Of a stretch of DNA of 33,746 bases, positions 9,276 through 19,112 are shown in pieces (the first letter of the stretch is position 1; every line of letters begins with the position of its first letter). The stretch lies in contig JBCCQY010000102.1 of NCBI GenBank assembly GCA_039208735.1, forward strand, positions 1 to 33,746, read 5' to 3'. Position numbers and translations under genes: made by a program. The DNA comes from Myxococcota bacterium. Lineage in GTDB: Bacteria; Myxococcota_A; UBA796; GCA-2862545. The notes below the pieces were generated by a model that ran no database searches, was not told the DNA's origin, and saw nothing but the letters and a program-made list of their open reading frames with translations.

Positions 9276-10502
9276 GTGACCGACGACGTCTTCTTTTCGA
9301 TCTCCCAGACCCCGGTGAACGGTGTGCAGCCGAGCGAAGCTCGGATGTTCCACAACTTCTTCGCCCAGGTTGAGGCAGCCGATGAATTGGGGTTTCGCAC
9401 GGCATGGATCGCCGAGTCGCACCTCTCGAGCCAAGTGCAAAAACAGACCTCCCGCCCCGTGATCCCCCATTGGCAGGGCGAGGTTGGGCTCAACGTCGAC
9501 TTCCATCAGCTCGCCACCCGAATCTTTGCCCGCACCAAATGCATCGAAGCGGGTTCTGCGATCCTCAATGTGCTGTGCAACGGCGGACCGGTAGCTCATG
9601 CCGAGCGGACCGCCGCCTTCCTGATGCAACACGGCCTGGATCCTGAAGAACGCAGACGCATCCACCTCGGATTCGCCGCCGGGCGCTTTGACTTCATGAA
9701 CGTGGCGTACGGAATCGGACCCCGCAACGAACTCGAACAGGCGGCATGGCCCGCCCTCAAGGGACAGGTCTTCCGTCGTGCAGCCCAGATCTTCTTGCGG
9801 TTGCTGCGCGGCGACGCCCTTGCGAGTGCCGAGGTCCCGCAGGTCGTCCTTCGGGCCGAACATTTCCGGAAGCCCGAGCAGTTCGAGGCCGTCCGCGAAC
9901 TCGCCTCAGGTGCCGACGCCATCGAAATCCCGCCGTTCTTCGACTTCGAGATCCTCAAGATCGTACCCGAGGAGTGGCGTCGCGAACTGCTTCAGCTGGT
10001 GATCGGCTCCCACGACCCGGTCGTCCAGGCAGAGGTCAACTCGATCTTGCCCGTGCACGTGTTCAACCTATCGATCACCCGCCCCGACGTGATCGAGGCA
10101 ACGCACGCGCGCATGCGGGAAGCCTTCCACGCCGATGGAGGGCCCTGGCAGCGGCGCTACATGCCGCGCACGGTCTTCGTATTCCTCAATGAGCAGCCCG
10201 GGCTGTCGTCCGAGCAACGGCAGGCGGCGGCAAAGGAAGAAGCTCGTGCCGCGCTTTCGGCGTACTGGCAGGCGCTTGACGGCACCATTGACCCTGCCAA
10301 GGTGGAGCGAGCCGCCGACAATGCGCTGATCGGAGATGCCAACGCCGTTGCGAAGCAGGCCATGGAGCGCTTCCATCCTGAGGATCGTCTCATGCTGTGG
10401 TTCGACTTTTTCAACCACGACAACGACCGGGTGATCGCCAACATGGAGGCGTGGGCCAAGCAGGTAGCGCCAACGCTGACGGCATGGCGAGGGTCTGCAT
10501 GA
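9276..10502 (+). CDS. Luciferase-like (LLM class) flavin-dependent oxidoreductase
   Basis: AADELGFRTAWIAESH, AHAERTAA and C-terminal LIGDANAVAKQ...LMLWF pattern typical of LLM barrels. Confidence 0.8.
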   Translation: MTDDVFFSISQTPVNGVQPSEARMFHNFFAQVEAADELGFRTAWIAESHLSSQVQKQTSRPVIPHWQGEVGLNVDFHQLATRIFARTKCIEAGSAILNVLCNGGPVAHAERTAAFLMQHGLDPEERRRIHLGFAAGRFDFMNVAYGIGPRNELEQAAWPALKGQVFRRAAQIFLRLLRGDALASAEVPQVVLRAEHFRKPEQFEAVRELASGADAIEIPPFFDFEILKIVPEEWRRELLQLVIGSHDPVVQAEVNSILPVHVFNLSITRPDVIEATHARMREAFHADGGPWQRRYMPRTVFVFLNEQPGLSSEQRQAAAKEEARAALSAYWQALDGTIDPAKVERAADNALIGDANAVAKQAMERFHPEDRLMLWFDFFNHDNDRVIANMEAWAKQVAPTLTAWRGSA

Positions 10503-11956
10503 CACTTGAACCCCTCCAAAACTACATTAACGGCCGATTTCAGCCGGCTCATGACGGGAGCACCCTCGACGACCTTGCACCGGCCACCGGCGAGCGGTTG
10601 ACGACCTTGCCCAACTCGGGACCAGACGATGTCAACCAGGCCGTCGCCGCTGCGAAGGCCGCGATGCAGGGTCCCTGGTCGAAGACGTCGGCCGCTGAAC
10701 GAGCCGATCTTTGCGAGGCCATCGCGGACCGCATCGAAGCGGATCTCGATGCCTTCGCCACGCTCGAAAGCGCAGATACGGGCAAACCGCTGGCCCTCGC
10801 CAAGAGCCTCGACATTCCGCGTGCGGTGAGCAACTTCCGCTTCTTTGCCGCCGCCATTCGCAGCCATTCGGAACCGAGCTTCACGATGGCGGATGCGGTG
10901 AACCACACCCTGCGCGGGCCGGTGGGCGTGGTGGGACTGATCACCCCATGGAACCTGCCCCTGTACTTGCTCACCTGGAAGGCAGCTCCCGCCCTGGTCA
11001 CGGGGAACGCCATTGTGGCCAAGCCAAGCGAGGTCACGCCTCTCACCGCGGGCCGGCTCGCCGAAGTCATCGATGACTTGGGCGCTCCGCCGGGCGCCTT
11101 CAACCTGGTGCAGGGGCTCGGGCCTTCGGTGGGCGCTCCCCTCTGCGCACACGCCGACGTCGATGCGGTGAGCTTTACCGGCGGCACCGCGACCGGGGTC
11201 CACGTGGCGTCGGCCGTCGCGCCACGGTTTGCCAAGCTCTCGCTGGAACTTGGCGGCAAGAACGCGAGCGTCGTCTTTGAGGACGCGGACCTTGAGCACA
11301 CGGTGCCTACCGTGGTGCGTGCTGCGTTTACCAACACCGGCCAAATCTGCCTTTGTGGGTCCCGCCTCTTCGTTCATCGCTCCCAATACGCCGATGTTGT
11401 AGAGGCCGTGGTCGCCCAAACTAAGGCCTTGGTAATTGGCGATCCTCAAGATCCGTCGACGAACCTTGGGCCGTTGGTATCGCAAGCGCATCGCGCCAAG
11501 GTGGAGCGCTACATCGCGCTTGCCAAGGAAGAGGGCGGCACGTTGCGTACGGGTGGACCACGCCCTGAGCTGCCGCCGCCATTCTCCAACGGCAACTTCC
11601 TAAGCCCCACCGTCATCGAGGGCCTGGCCCCGGACTCTCGAACGGCGACCGAGGAGATCTTTGGTCCGGTGCTCACCGTGCATCCATTCGACGACGAAAC
11701 CGAGGTCATCGAGCGAGTCAACGCGGTGCGGTACGGCCTTTCTGCCTCGATCTTCACCCGCGATCTGACGCGGGCCCACCGAGTGGGTCGGGCCCTGGAT
11801 GTGGGCACGGTCTGGGTCAACACTTGGCTCAAGCGGGACCTCCGGGTGCCGTTCGGTGGCCACAAGGACAGCGGAGTCGGTCGCGAGGGCGGCGACTACA
11901 GCCTCCGCTTCTTCACGGAGCCGACCACACTGTGCATTCAACTCGATCCCGCGTGA
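10499..11956 (+). CDS. Aldehyde dehydrogenase, ALDH8A1 / 2-amino(hydroxy)muconic semialdehyde dehydrogenase type
   Basis: PWNLPLYLLTWK, FTGGT, LELGGKN, GQICLCGSR, EEIFGP and WLKRDLRVPFGG; ATGA overlap with the LLM stop. Confidence 0.9.
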   Translation: MTLEPLQNYINGRFQPAHDGSTLDDLAPATGERLTTLPNSGPDDVNQAVAAAKAAMQGPWSKTSAAERADLCEAIADRIEADLDAFATLESADTGKPLALAKSLDIPRAVSNFRFFAAAIRSHSEPSFTMADAVNHTLRGPVGVVGLITPWNLPLYLLTWKAAPALVTGNAIVAKPSEVTPLTAGRLAEVIDDLGAPPGAFNLVQGLGPSVGAPLCAHADVDAVSFTGGTATGVHVASAVAPRFAKLSLELGGKNASVVFEDADLEHTVPTVVRAAFTNTGQICLCGSRLFVHRSQYADVVEAVVAQTKALVIGDPQDPSTNLGPLVSQAHRAKVERYIALAKEEGGTLRTGGPRPELPPPFSNGNFLSPTVIEGLAPDSRTATEEIFGPVLTVHPFDDETEVIERVNAVRYGLSASIFTRDLTRAHRVGRALDVGTVWVNTWLKRDLRVPFGGHKDSGVGREGGDYSLRFFTEPTTLCIQLDPA

Positions 11957-13851
11957 CCACCGGCGGCGAAACCAACATCGCCGCCCTGTTCGCCCGTGTC
12001 CGGGCCCGTCCCGACGACGAAGACGCACGGCGTGTGCTGGGCGATGCACTCGTCGATGCAGGGGATCCGCTTGGAACGCTCATCACGCGCGAGACCGACA
12101 CCTGGGACCCCGACGAACGCTTGATCGCATACGCGACCCTGCTGCCGAGGCTCCTCGCCGACTTGTACGGTCACATCGAACCTCGTGGGTTTCGACTTGG
12201 ATTTCTCGACGCAGCCCGCGACTTGGGTACGGCCCCGCTCGATAGCCCCACCTGGGCCACGGTTCGCAACCTCGAAACCGAGCGGCCTGAACTCGTACGT
12301 GCCGCCGCCCCCCTCGACCGGCTGTCGACCCGATTCGAGGTCGTCCGCGCGATGTTGTTCGACGCCGACCCCGTCCCCGTGCAACGCCTGTGGCCCATCG
12401 AGGTGGACCTGCCGGCGGCCCTCGACGACCTCCCGGGGCAGCCCGGAGCCTGGGCCGAGGTGACCCACGTTGCCCTCACCACCACAAGCGATGAGCCGCG
12501 GCCCGAGCTTTACGCCGTCGCGGCTGCGTTGCTGGGATGTGGGCTGCGGCCCCAGGTGCTTCGCGTCGAGACCCGGGACCCGCCTCCGGTCTACCTCCGG
12601 CGCCGGTTTGCGGAGGTGGGAGGACTCCGTCTCGAGTGGCGGGGCGAGGGGCTCGATCTCAAGGAGCGGCGGTACGCGATCGCGACGGGACCGCCCGTAC
12701 CCCATCATCCTCCGGTTCCGTTACCCACCGCGGTCGCCGGTCGAGTGGTCGGACGCCACAGCACCGGTCGGTACGTCGTGCACGCGGATGGTGGGCCGGT
12801 GCTGTGGCAGTGGCCGGTGCCCGACAATCTGCTGCGGCCTCCTGACGCACGCGGTGCGCACGGCCTGGATGAAGGCCTGGATTTGGGGCGGCGTCGCCGC
12901 GTGGGCTTCAGCATCGTCAACGAGGTCGGACCCGCGGTCGGCCCCGGTCCGGCCCCCTGGCCGGAGGTGGTGCACCAGCAGGTCGAGCGCGCCGTTCACC
13001 ATGCCCGTCGGCGAGTGCCGCGCGCCTACCGGTTGGCCGAGACAGCCCTTGAAGCGTTCGCCATGGAGGGGGGACGAGGCCGATTGCTCGCCCCACGACT
13101 GCATCCACGACCTGAACCAGACCGGATTGTCGAACGGTTGCGGCTGCGAGGAAGGGCACGGTTGCCATGGGCCGGCATCACGGTGACCGCCCGTCCCGCG
13201 GTCGACGCACTGTCGAACTACGGCGCACATCCCGACGGGGTCTTTGCGATTGGCGAGGGGCTTGGCGGCCGCCCTCGTGCCGAGCTGGCAGCCTCGGTGG
13301 TGGTGAGCGCCCTTGCTGCCCCGGGCGAGCTCGAAGAACGCTTCGACGATGCGAAACAGCGGCTCCTTGCCATCGCCAACCCACGGCAACCCGAGTGGTA
13401 CCTCGGCGTCTCGGCCCTGCGTCTCGAAGTCGGTCCCACCGAGGCTTCGCTTGGCTGGCTCGGTGAGATCGGTGCGATTCACCTAAGCGGCGATTCCCTT
13501 ACCCGGATCGCCCGTGGGCACCCCACCGTCGAGCGGTGGATCGACGAAGGTATGATGATGGCCCGTGGCACCTGGAGTCCCTACGCCGTCCAGGTTTCAC
13601 GGTCGCTGACGCCAGGCGATCAAGGTCGACTGCTCCGGCCCACCCACCGACAAATCCCCATCGCCCAAGGCGATCGATTCGTCCTTGTCACCGCGGGATT
13701 GTCGCGTGTGATCGACGACCCGACTTTGCACGGCATCGCCTTGGCACACCGCTCACAATCCGCCCGGGCGCTGGCTACGGCGCTCGCTCGGGCCATGGGA
13801 GAGCTCTCGCGCGACGAGAGCGCATCGCTCGTGGTGGTCGACATCAAATAA
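11953..13851 (+). CDS. Multidomain protein: N-terminal TIGR02996-like domain plus C-terminal degenerate PP2C/PPM-like domain
   Basis: ARVRARPDDEDARRVLGDALVDAGDPLGTLI at the N-terminus; C-terminal GVFAIGEGLGG, GDRFVLVTAGL and ASLVVVD follow the PP2C layout; GTGA overlap with the ALDH stop. Confidence 0.7.
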   Translation: MTTGGETNIAALFARVRARPDDEDARRVLGDALVDAGDPLGTLITRETDTWDPDERLIAYATLLPRLLADLYGHIEPRGFRLGFLDAARDLGTAPLDSPTWATVRNLETERPELVRAAAPLDRLSTRFEVVRAMLFDADPVPVQRLWPIEVDLPAALDDLPGQPGAWAEVTHVALTTTSDEPRPELYAVAAALLGCGLRPQVLRVETRDPPPVYLRRRFAEVGGLRLEWRGEGLDLKERRYAIATGPPVPHHPPVPLPTAVAGRVVGRHSTGRYVVHADGGPVLWQWPVPDNLLRPPDARGAHGLDEGLDLGRRRRVGFSIVNEVGPAVGPGPAPWPEVVHQQVERAVHHARRRVPRAYRLAETALEAFAMEGGRGRLLAPRLHPRPEPDRIVERLRLRGRARLPWAGITVTARPAVDALSNYGAHPDGVFAIGEGLGGRPRAELAASVVVSALAAPGELEERFDDAKQRLLAIANPRQPEWYLGVSALRLEVGPTEASLGWLGEIGAIHLSGDSLTRIARGHPTVERWIDEGMMMARGTWSPYAVQVSRSLTPGDQGRLLRPTHRQIPIAQGDRFVLVTAGLSRVIDDPTLHGIALAHRSQSARALATALARAMGELSRDESASLVVVDIK

Positions 13852-13870
13852 AGGGTCCAAGTCGGAGGAC

Positions 13871-16039
13871 GTGATGCCCCCCTGGACCCTACTCGGCGCC
13901 ACCATTGTCAACGTCTGCCCCGTGATGGGGCCGTATTGCGACACGACTTCCATCGAAGAGGCGCTCGCGGAGGACCCAGACTACGTCATCCTGGCTGCAG
14001 GCACGTACGAGGTCCAAAACCTCGACATCGATGTTCCCCACATCACCATCAAGTCCATCGATCCCGGTCCAGCCATCCTGCGATTCCCGGCGCAGACGAA
14101 CCTGGATGAACCGATGGTGCGAATCCTGGCGGAAGGGGTCCGGATCAACAACATCGAGTTCAACGGAGAAGCTCCGTCCCTCGACTCTTACACCGAAGAT
14201 GCGCGCGCGATCGAAGTGACCCGGGGGGCCACGGACGTCCAACTCACGAACCTCACCATTCGCAATTTTCAGACCGCATTTTTCGGTGGCAGCATTCTCG
14301 TTGCCAACGGAGATGTCACGGTATTCGACTCGGTGATTGAGGATGGCTCGGCGGTCGAAGGTGGCCTCGTCGGCGTCCTCGGCAAGAACTCCAGCTTTGC
14401 CATGTTTGGCGGCACCCTGGGGCGCGGCCAGGCCGACCAACTCGGGGGAGCGCTGTCCAACGACGGTGGCGACGTCATTTTGGTCGATGTGACCTTGCAC
14501 GACAACCTTTCGTTCTTCAAGGCGGGACACATCTTCGATCAGGGCGGGGGTAGCCTGATTGTTCGCGACAGCCGCTTCACGAACGGAGGCGCTTCGCTAT
14601 GGGCGATGATCGACAGTTTCGGGGGTGGCTTCGTCGAACTCGACCACGTGACGTTCGGCGCTCCGACGTTCGCCAGCGAGGGTCTCGTGACCGTCGAGGA
14701 TGGCCGCGAACTCATCGTCCACGACATCAAGATGGACAACATCGGCGCCTCTGGCCCAGGCTTGGTGGTTCGTCGCACCCAAGTCGACATCGAAGAGTCG
14801 GTGTTTGCCGACGGGACGGACGAAGCAACCCCCGCGGTCATCATCGACACCCCACCGAGCGCTGCCGTTCGGTGGTCTTGGTTCTGCGGGCATTCCTCGA
14901 TCCGCGGCAGCCTGGAATTCGTCGGCGTTTGCTTTGACTGCCAAGTGGTGGACAGCGTATTCGTGGGCGCCCAGGGGAATCCAGGCTCGACCTTCGTACC
15001 CCTGCCCTTCGCCTCGGCCCTCGTGGCCGACCTGGGGGGCGAAATCTCGGTCGAACGAAACACCTTTGCCGCCAACAGCTTCGCCACCAGCGTCAACCAG
15101 GGGGCCATTTTGGGTCTTCACGCCGAAGACCTGTATGTCGAACGCAATTTGCTGTTCAACAACTCGAGCTACGAAGTCGCCGACATCGAAGCCGATGGCT
15201 TTACGACCATCCAACAAAATGCGTCTGTCGAGCCGAGCGATGGAATCGAGGATGACACAAGCCCCATCAACCTCGATGCGTTGCCCCCGATGGTCTTCGA
15301 GACCGAAGCCCGCGTCCAGCCTGGCGCATGCCGCGACTGGGGGGCCTTGCTGCTCGAACCCTCGACGGTCCCCGTGCGCTTCCTGAACCCTCCGCTCGGC
15401 GCATTCGCGGATGACTTCGATAACGACGGGTACATCGCTGCCAATGACTGTGACGAACGCGAATCGAGGGTCAACCCCGGCGCCATCGAGATCCCGGCCA
15501 ACGGGGTGGATGAGGACTGTGACGGCCTCGAACTGTGCTGGATCGATGCCGACGATGATGGCTTTGGGGCCCGACTACAGAGCTTCCCCGACGATTTCTT
15601 CTGTCGCCGCTTTGGACGTGCGAACCAAGGCGGCGATTGCGACGACAACGACCCGTACGTCAATCCCTACGCGGGCACGAACGAAGGCCCTGACTGCCCC
15701 GATCCCAAACCCGAACCCGAACCCAAGGCTGACATCGATGGCGACGGGTTTGAGCCTCCTCTGGATTGCGATGACACGCTTCCTTCCGTGTTTCCCGGAG
15801 CCGACGATCCGCTAGGCGACGATGTCGATCAGAACTGTGACGGGGTCGATGGCATCGACAAGGACGGGGACGGCATTCCCGTGCCCGAGGACTGTCACGA
15901 CACCGATGCGAACCGCACCCGGTGCGACAGCTTCATTGGGGGCGTAGAACGGGTGTGTGCAACGGGGGCTCCGGCGCCGCTCCCCGCTGCGCTAGCCTTG
16001 CTTCTGGCATTGCCGATGCTGCGTCGCCGCTCTCCATGA
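13871..16039 (+). CDS. Cell-surface protein: beta-helix-like region, MopE-type (DCDD..PGA..DxDCDG) repeats and a MYXO-CTERM-like C-terminal anchor
   Basis: GGAGGA RBS; GG-x-hydrophobic turn repeats; DCDERESRVNPGAIEIPANGVDEDCDG and DCDDTLPSVFPGADDPLGDDVDQNCDG; ends GG...CATG-APAPLPAALALLLALPMLRRR. Confidence 0.82.
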   Translation: MMPPWTLLGATIVNVCPVMGPYCDTTSIEEALAEDPDYVILAAGTYEVQNLDIDVPHITIKSIDPGPAILRFPAQTNLDEPMVRILAEGVRINNIEFNGEAPSLDSYTEDARAIEVTRGATDVQLTNLTIRNFQTAFFGGSILVANGDVTVFDSVIEDGSAVEGGLVGVLGKNSSFAMFGGTLGRGQADQLGGALSNDGGDVILVDVTLHDNLSFFKAGHIFDQGGGSLIVRDSRFTNGGASLWAMIDSFGGGFVELDHVTFGAPTFASEGLVTVEDGRELIVHDIKMDNIGASGPGLVVRRTQVDIEESVFADGTDEATPAVIIDTPPSAAVRWSWFCGHSSIRGSLEFVGVCFDCQVVDSVFVGAQGNPGSTFVPLPFASALVADLGGEISVERNTFAANSFATSVNQGAILGLHAEDLYVERNLLFNNSSYEVADIEADGFTTIQQNASVEPSDGIEDDTSPINLDALPPMVFETEARVQPGACRDWGALLLEPSTVPVRFLNPPLGAFADDFDNDGYIAANDCDERESRVNPGAIEIPANGVDEDCDGLELCWIDADDDGFGARLQSFPDDFFCRRFGRANQGGDCDDNDPYVNPYAGTNEGPDCPDPKPEPEPKADIDGDGFEPPLDCDDTLPSVFPGADDPLGDDVDQNCDGVDGIDKDGDGIPVPEDCHDTDANRTRCDSFIGGVERVCATGAPAPLPAALALLLALPMLRRRSP

Positions 16040-16656
16040 CCATTTGGGTCTGGGTCTTGGCCTGTGGCCCTCGGCACTCCCCACGGCCCCCCGAGGTCGT
16101 GGTTCCTCCTGAACCAAGCATCCAGCGACTGCCGGATCACCACGTGCACGGAGGGACCGAACGCAGCCCCGACGATGTCGACATGATCGTCTTTCACACC
16201 ATCGGTGGCCACACCTGTCAACCCGACGGTTCTCTGTTGTTCAGTGGCGCCGAACGAGACGCGCGTTTTTGGCGGGATTGGCTTGAGAGCCAGCACGACC
16301 GGAGCATTCACTACGTGGTGGGCCGTGAGGGTGACATCGCCCAACAGCGTCCCGAACTAAGAACCGCGGGCCATGTTGGCTTCGATGGCGTGGTGGTCGA
16401 TGTCAATGAGCGATCCATCGGCATCGAACTCGTTAACGATGGCGGCGGAGTCGAGCCCTTCTCGGAACCGCAGATCGCGGCCCTCGAATGGCTCGTGACG
16501 GGCATTGCCCAACGTTACGACTTGGGCCCCGAGCAGCTGTTCACCCATGCCGAACTCGACACGCGAATGCTCAAGGCTCCGTGCGCAGACCATCGGCGCA
16601 AGGCCGATCCCGGCCCTCGCTTTCCCATGGAGCGGCTCCGCAACGCGCTTAGGTAA
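16036..16656 (+). CDS. N-acetylmuramoyl-L-alanine amidase (Amidase_2, AmpD-like), probable lipoprotein
   Basis: IVFHT, SIHYVVGREG, SIGIELVN, FTHAE and RKADPG; N-terminus MTIWVWVLAC; ATGA overlap with the upstream stop. Confidence 0.88.
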   Translation: MTIWVWVLACGPRHSPRPPEVVVPPEPSIQRLPDHHVHGGTERSPDDVDMIVFHTIGGHTCQPDGSLLFSGAERDARFWRDWLESQHDRSIHYVVGREGDIAQQRPELRTAGHVGFDGVVVDVNERSIGIELVNDGGGVEPFSEPQIAALEWLVTGIAQRYDLGPEQLFTHAELDTRMLKAPCADHRRKADPGPRFPMERLRNALR

Positions 16657-18862
16657 AGCCGAGCCCTCGCCCTACTTGAACCACGGCAAACGCCGCCCCG
16701 TACGCAAGCGCGGTCATCCAAACGAAGGTGAACGCGGTCCACCCCCAAGAGCCGCTCTCCTTCCGCAGCACCGCCACGGTCGATAGGCATTGCAGGGACA
16801 ACGCGAAGAAAACCATGATCGACAGGCCGGTCAATGGGGTGTAGACGCGGCTCCCATCGGGGCGGACGGCATCGCGCAATCGCGATCGGAGCGCCGGGCT
16901 CTCTTCGTCGACCTCGGCGCCGACGCCGTAGACCACCCCCATCGTGGCGACAAACACCTCACGGGCCGCAAAGGCGCCGATGAGCCCGATGCCGATCTTC
17001 CAGTCGTAGCCAAGCGGCTCAATGACCGGCTCGATGGCGCGCCCGAGCCGTCCTCCGTAGGACTGCTCGAGAATCCGCGGGGCGGCTAGCTCCTCCAGAT
17101 TCTGCCCTTCCGCCTGGGCTTGGGCCACCTCGGGCGGCGACAGCACGTCGGTCGGTTCGTAGCGAGGGAACGACAGCAACGCCCACAGTGCAATCGTCGC
17201 CACCAAGATAATGCCCCCCGCTTCGCGCAGGAAATCCACACTTCGGGCCACCACCTGCCGCAACACCACCCGCGGATCGGGCCAACGGTAAGGGGGAAGC
17301 TCAATGAGCGAGGGCTCAGCCCCCGAGGCGAACACCGTGCGCCCCAGCACGACGGCGGCCCCCACCGCTACCAAGGTTGAAAACAGGTACATCCCCGCAA
17401 GGGCCACCGGCCGCAGGGGAATGGGACCCCACAGCGTAGCAGGAAACAACGCCGCAACGAGCAAGGTGTAGACAGGGAGTCGTGCCGAACAACTGGTCAG
17501 CGGAATCACCATCATGGTGAGGAGCCGATCCCGGAACCGAGGCAACGTCCGGGTGGCCAAAATCGCCGGCACCGCACAGGCATAGCCCGAAAGCAAGGGG
17601 ACAAAGGCCCGGCCGGGAAGCCCTGCCGCGCGGAGAACTCGATCGGCGAGGTGGGCCGCGCGCGCGAGGTAGCCCGAGTCCTCCAGCAGCGCGAGGAAGA
17701 GGAAGAGCAAGGCGACCTGCGGGAGGAACACCACCACCGCTCCCACGCCGCCGATGATGCCGTCCACCACGAGGTCGCGCAGAATCGAAAGTCCCGTCGC
17801 GGCCCCTGGAAGTTGCGCAATCGCGGTATCGAAGCCGCTGGCCACGAGCTGCTGTACCCAGCCCATGATGGATTCGACCGCGCCGATGAGCGGGTCAGCC
17901 CATGAGAACAGGGCCGAGAAGGCAAGCGACATCACCCCGACGAACAACAGGCTGCCCCAGATGGGATGCAAGGCCACCCGATCGAGGCGTTCGGTGTCGA
18001 GGACGGTCGACGGCCGTGGACCGTCCTTCGCATTGAGCCAGCCAGGGGCTCGCGCGTCGATCCATGCGTAGCGACTCGCGATCAGTGCGGCCTGAAGATC
18101 TTCGCCATCCGCCGCCTCCCGCGCCGCCACCACCGACGGAATCGGTTCGGCCCTGACATCGAGCCGGCCCTCATCATCGGCCGACAACAGGAGCCACCGC
18201 GCTACCGCTTTGGCCTCCGATTCGTCGGTCGTCCGCGATCGAAATGGCTCGGGAAGGTCTGCAGCCACAGCGTCGACCGGTTGGGAGACGAAAGCCGGCC
18301 AGTCGTGCAGCGTGCGCCCGCGATGGGCCGTAGGGTCCGCGACCAGGGCGCGAAGCTTGTTCACGACGTCGTCGAGGCCACGTCCCGTTCGTGCGACCGT
18401 GCCCACCACAGGCACCCCGAGTTCACTCGCCATCGTGTCGAGGTCCAGATGGTGCCCCAACGCTTCCGCTTCGTCGAGCAGGTTGACGACGACCAACGTG
18501 GGTCTGCCCAGTTCCAGGAGCTGCAGCAGCAGGTAGCTCGAGCGTTGAAGCCTTGGCGCGTCCAGCACCACGACGATTCCGTCGGGCGGTGCCTCCTCCA
18601 ACCCAAGCACGGTGTCGATGGCCACGCGTTCATCCGGCCGGGATGCCGCGAGAGAGTACGTTCCGGGCACATCGATCAGCTCGATGGGGGACCCCTCTCC
18701 GCGCAACCGACCCGATGTGGCCGTGACCGTTGTACCCGCAAAGTTCCCCACCTGGGCCTGGCTGTCGGTCAACGCGTTGAACAACGTCGACTTCCCCGCG
18801 TTGGGGTTGCCCATCACCGCAATCCGGGCCACCCGGTTGGATTGCGAGGCCCGTGCGTTCAT
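16649..18862 (-). CDS. feoB: Ferrous iron transporter FeoB
   Basis: GNPNAGKS, NFAGTTV, DVPGTYSL, LEDSGYLAR, CAVPA, SCSARLPVY, AAREVFV and multiple TM helices. Confidence 0.97.
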   Translation of the reverse strand: MNARASQSNRVARIAVMGNPNAGKSTLFNALTDSQAQVGNFAGTTVTATSGRLRGEGSPIELIDVPGTYSLAASRPDERVAIDTVLGLEEAPPDGIVVVLDAPRLQRSSYLLLQLLELGRPTLVVVNLLDEAEALGHHLDLDTMASELGVPVVGTVARTGRGLDDVVNKLRALVADPTAHRGRTLHDWPAFVSQPVDAVAADLPEPFRSRTTDESEAKAVARWLLLSADDEGRLDVRAEPIPSVVAAREAADGEDLQAALIASRYAWIDARAPGWLNAKDGPRPSTVLDTERLDRVALHPIWGSLLFVGVMSLAFSALFSWADPLIGAVESIMGWVQQLVASGFDTAIAQLPGAATGLSILRDLVVDGIIGGVGAVVVFLPQVALLFLFLALLEDSGYLARAAHLADRVLRAAGLPGRAFVPLLSGYACAVPAILATRTLPRFRDRLLTMMVIPLTSCSARLPVYTLLVAALFPATLWGPIPLRPVALAGMYLFSTLVAVGAAVVLGRTVFASGAEPSLIELPPYRWPDPRVVLRQVVARSVDFLREAGGIILVATIALWALLSFPRYEPTDVLSPPEVAQAQAEGQNLEELAAPRILEQSYGGRLGRAIEPVIEPLGYDWKIGIGLIGAFAAREVFVATMGVVYGVGAEVDEESPALRSRLRDAVRPDGSRVYTPLTGLSIMVFFALSLQCLSTVAVLRKESGSWGWTAFTFVWMTALAYGAAFAVVQVGRGLGFT

Positions 18863-19080
18863 GGGGCCAATTCGACGAGGGCTGCTTCGGTGCGACGCAA
18901 GCCCAGTACCGCACCGCGAACCAAGAACGTGATGGGGTCACCGAGAGGGGCCTGACCGGTCCGCTGAACGGCGGTGCCCGGCAGAAGGCCCAGTTCCATC
19001 AAACGACGGCGGAAGGGGCCCTGACCGCCAATGGCGGCCACGGTTGCGAATTGACCCTGGCGGAGTTTGTCAAGCGTCAT
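18859..19080 (-). CDS. feoA: Ferrous iron transport protein FeoA
   Basis: RRRLMELGLLPGT...APLGDP...LGLRRTEA; overlaps the feoB start. Confidence 0.95.
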   Translation of the reverse strand: MTLDKLRQGQFATVAAIGGQGPFRRRLMELGLLPGTAVQRTGQAPLGDPITFLVRGAVLGLRRTEAALVELAP

Positions 19081-19091
19081 GAGACCGGTCT

Positions 19092-19112
19092 AGTTGAAAG
19101 TCGTTTTCAACT
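19092..19112. promoter_or_regulatory. Fur-box-like palindrome upstream of feoA
   Basis: AGTTGAAA-gtcgt-TTTCAACT: AT-rich perfect 8-bp inverted repeat 12 bp before the feoA start; resembles TGAAAATnATTTTCA-type Fur boxes. Confidence 0.75.

Noticed and set aside
15400..15930. Repeated GAC/TGT-rich DNA as a repeat array or CRISPR
   Set aside because: The repeats are degenerate protein-level Asp/Cys motifs inside a CDS, with no identical repeat-spacer structure.
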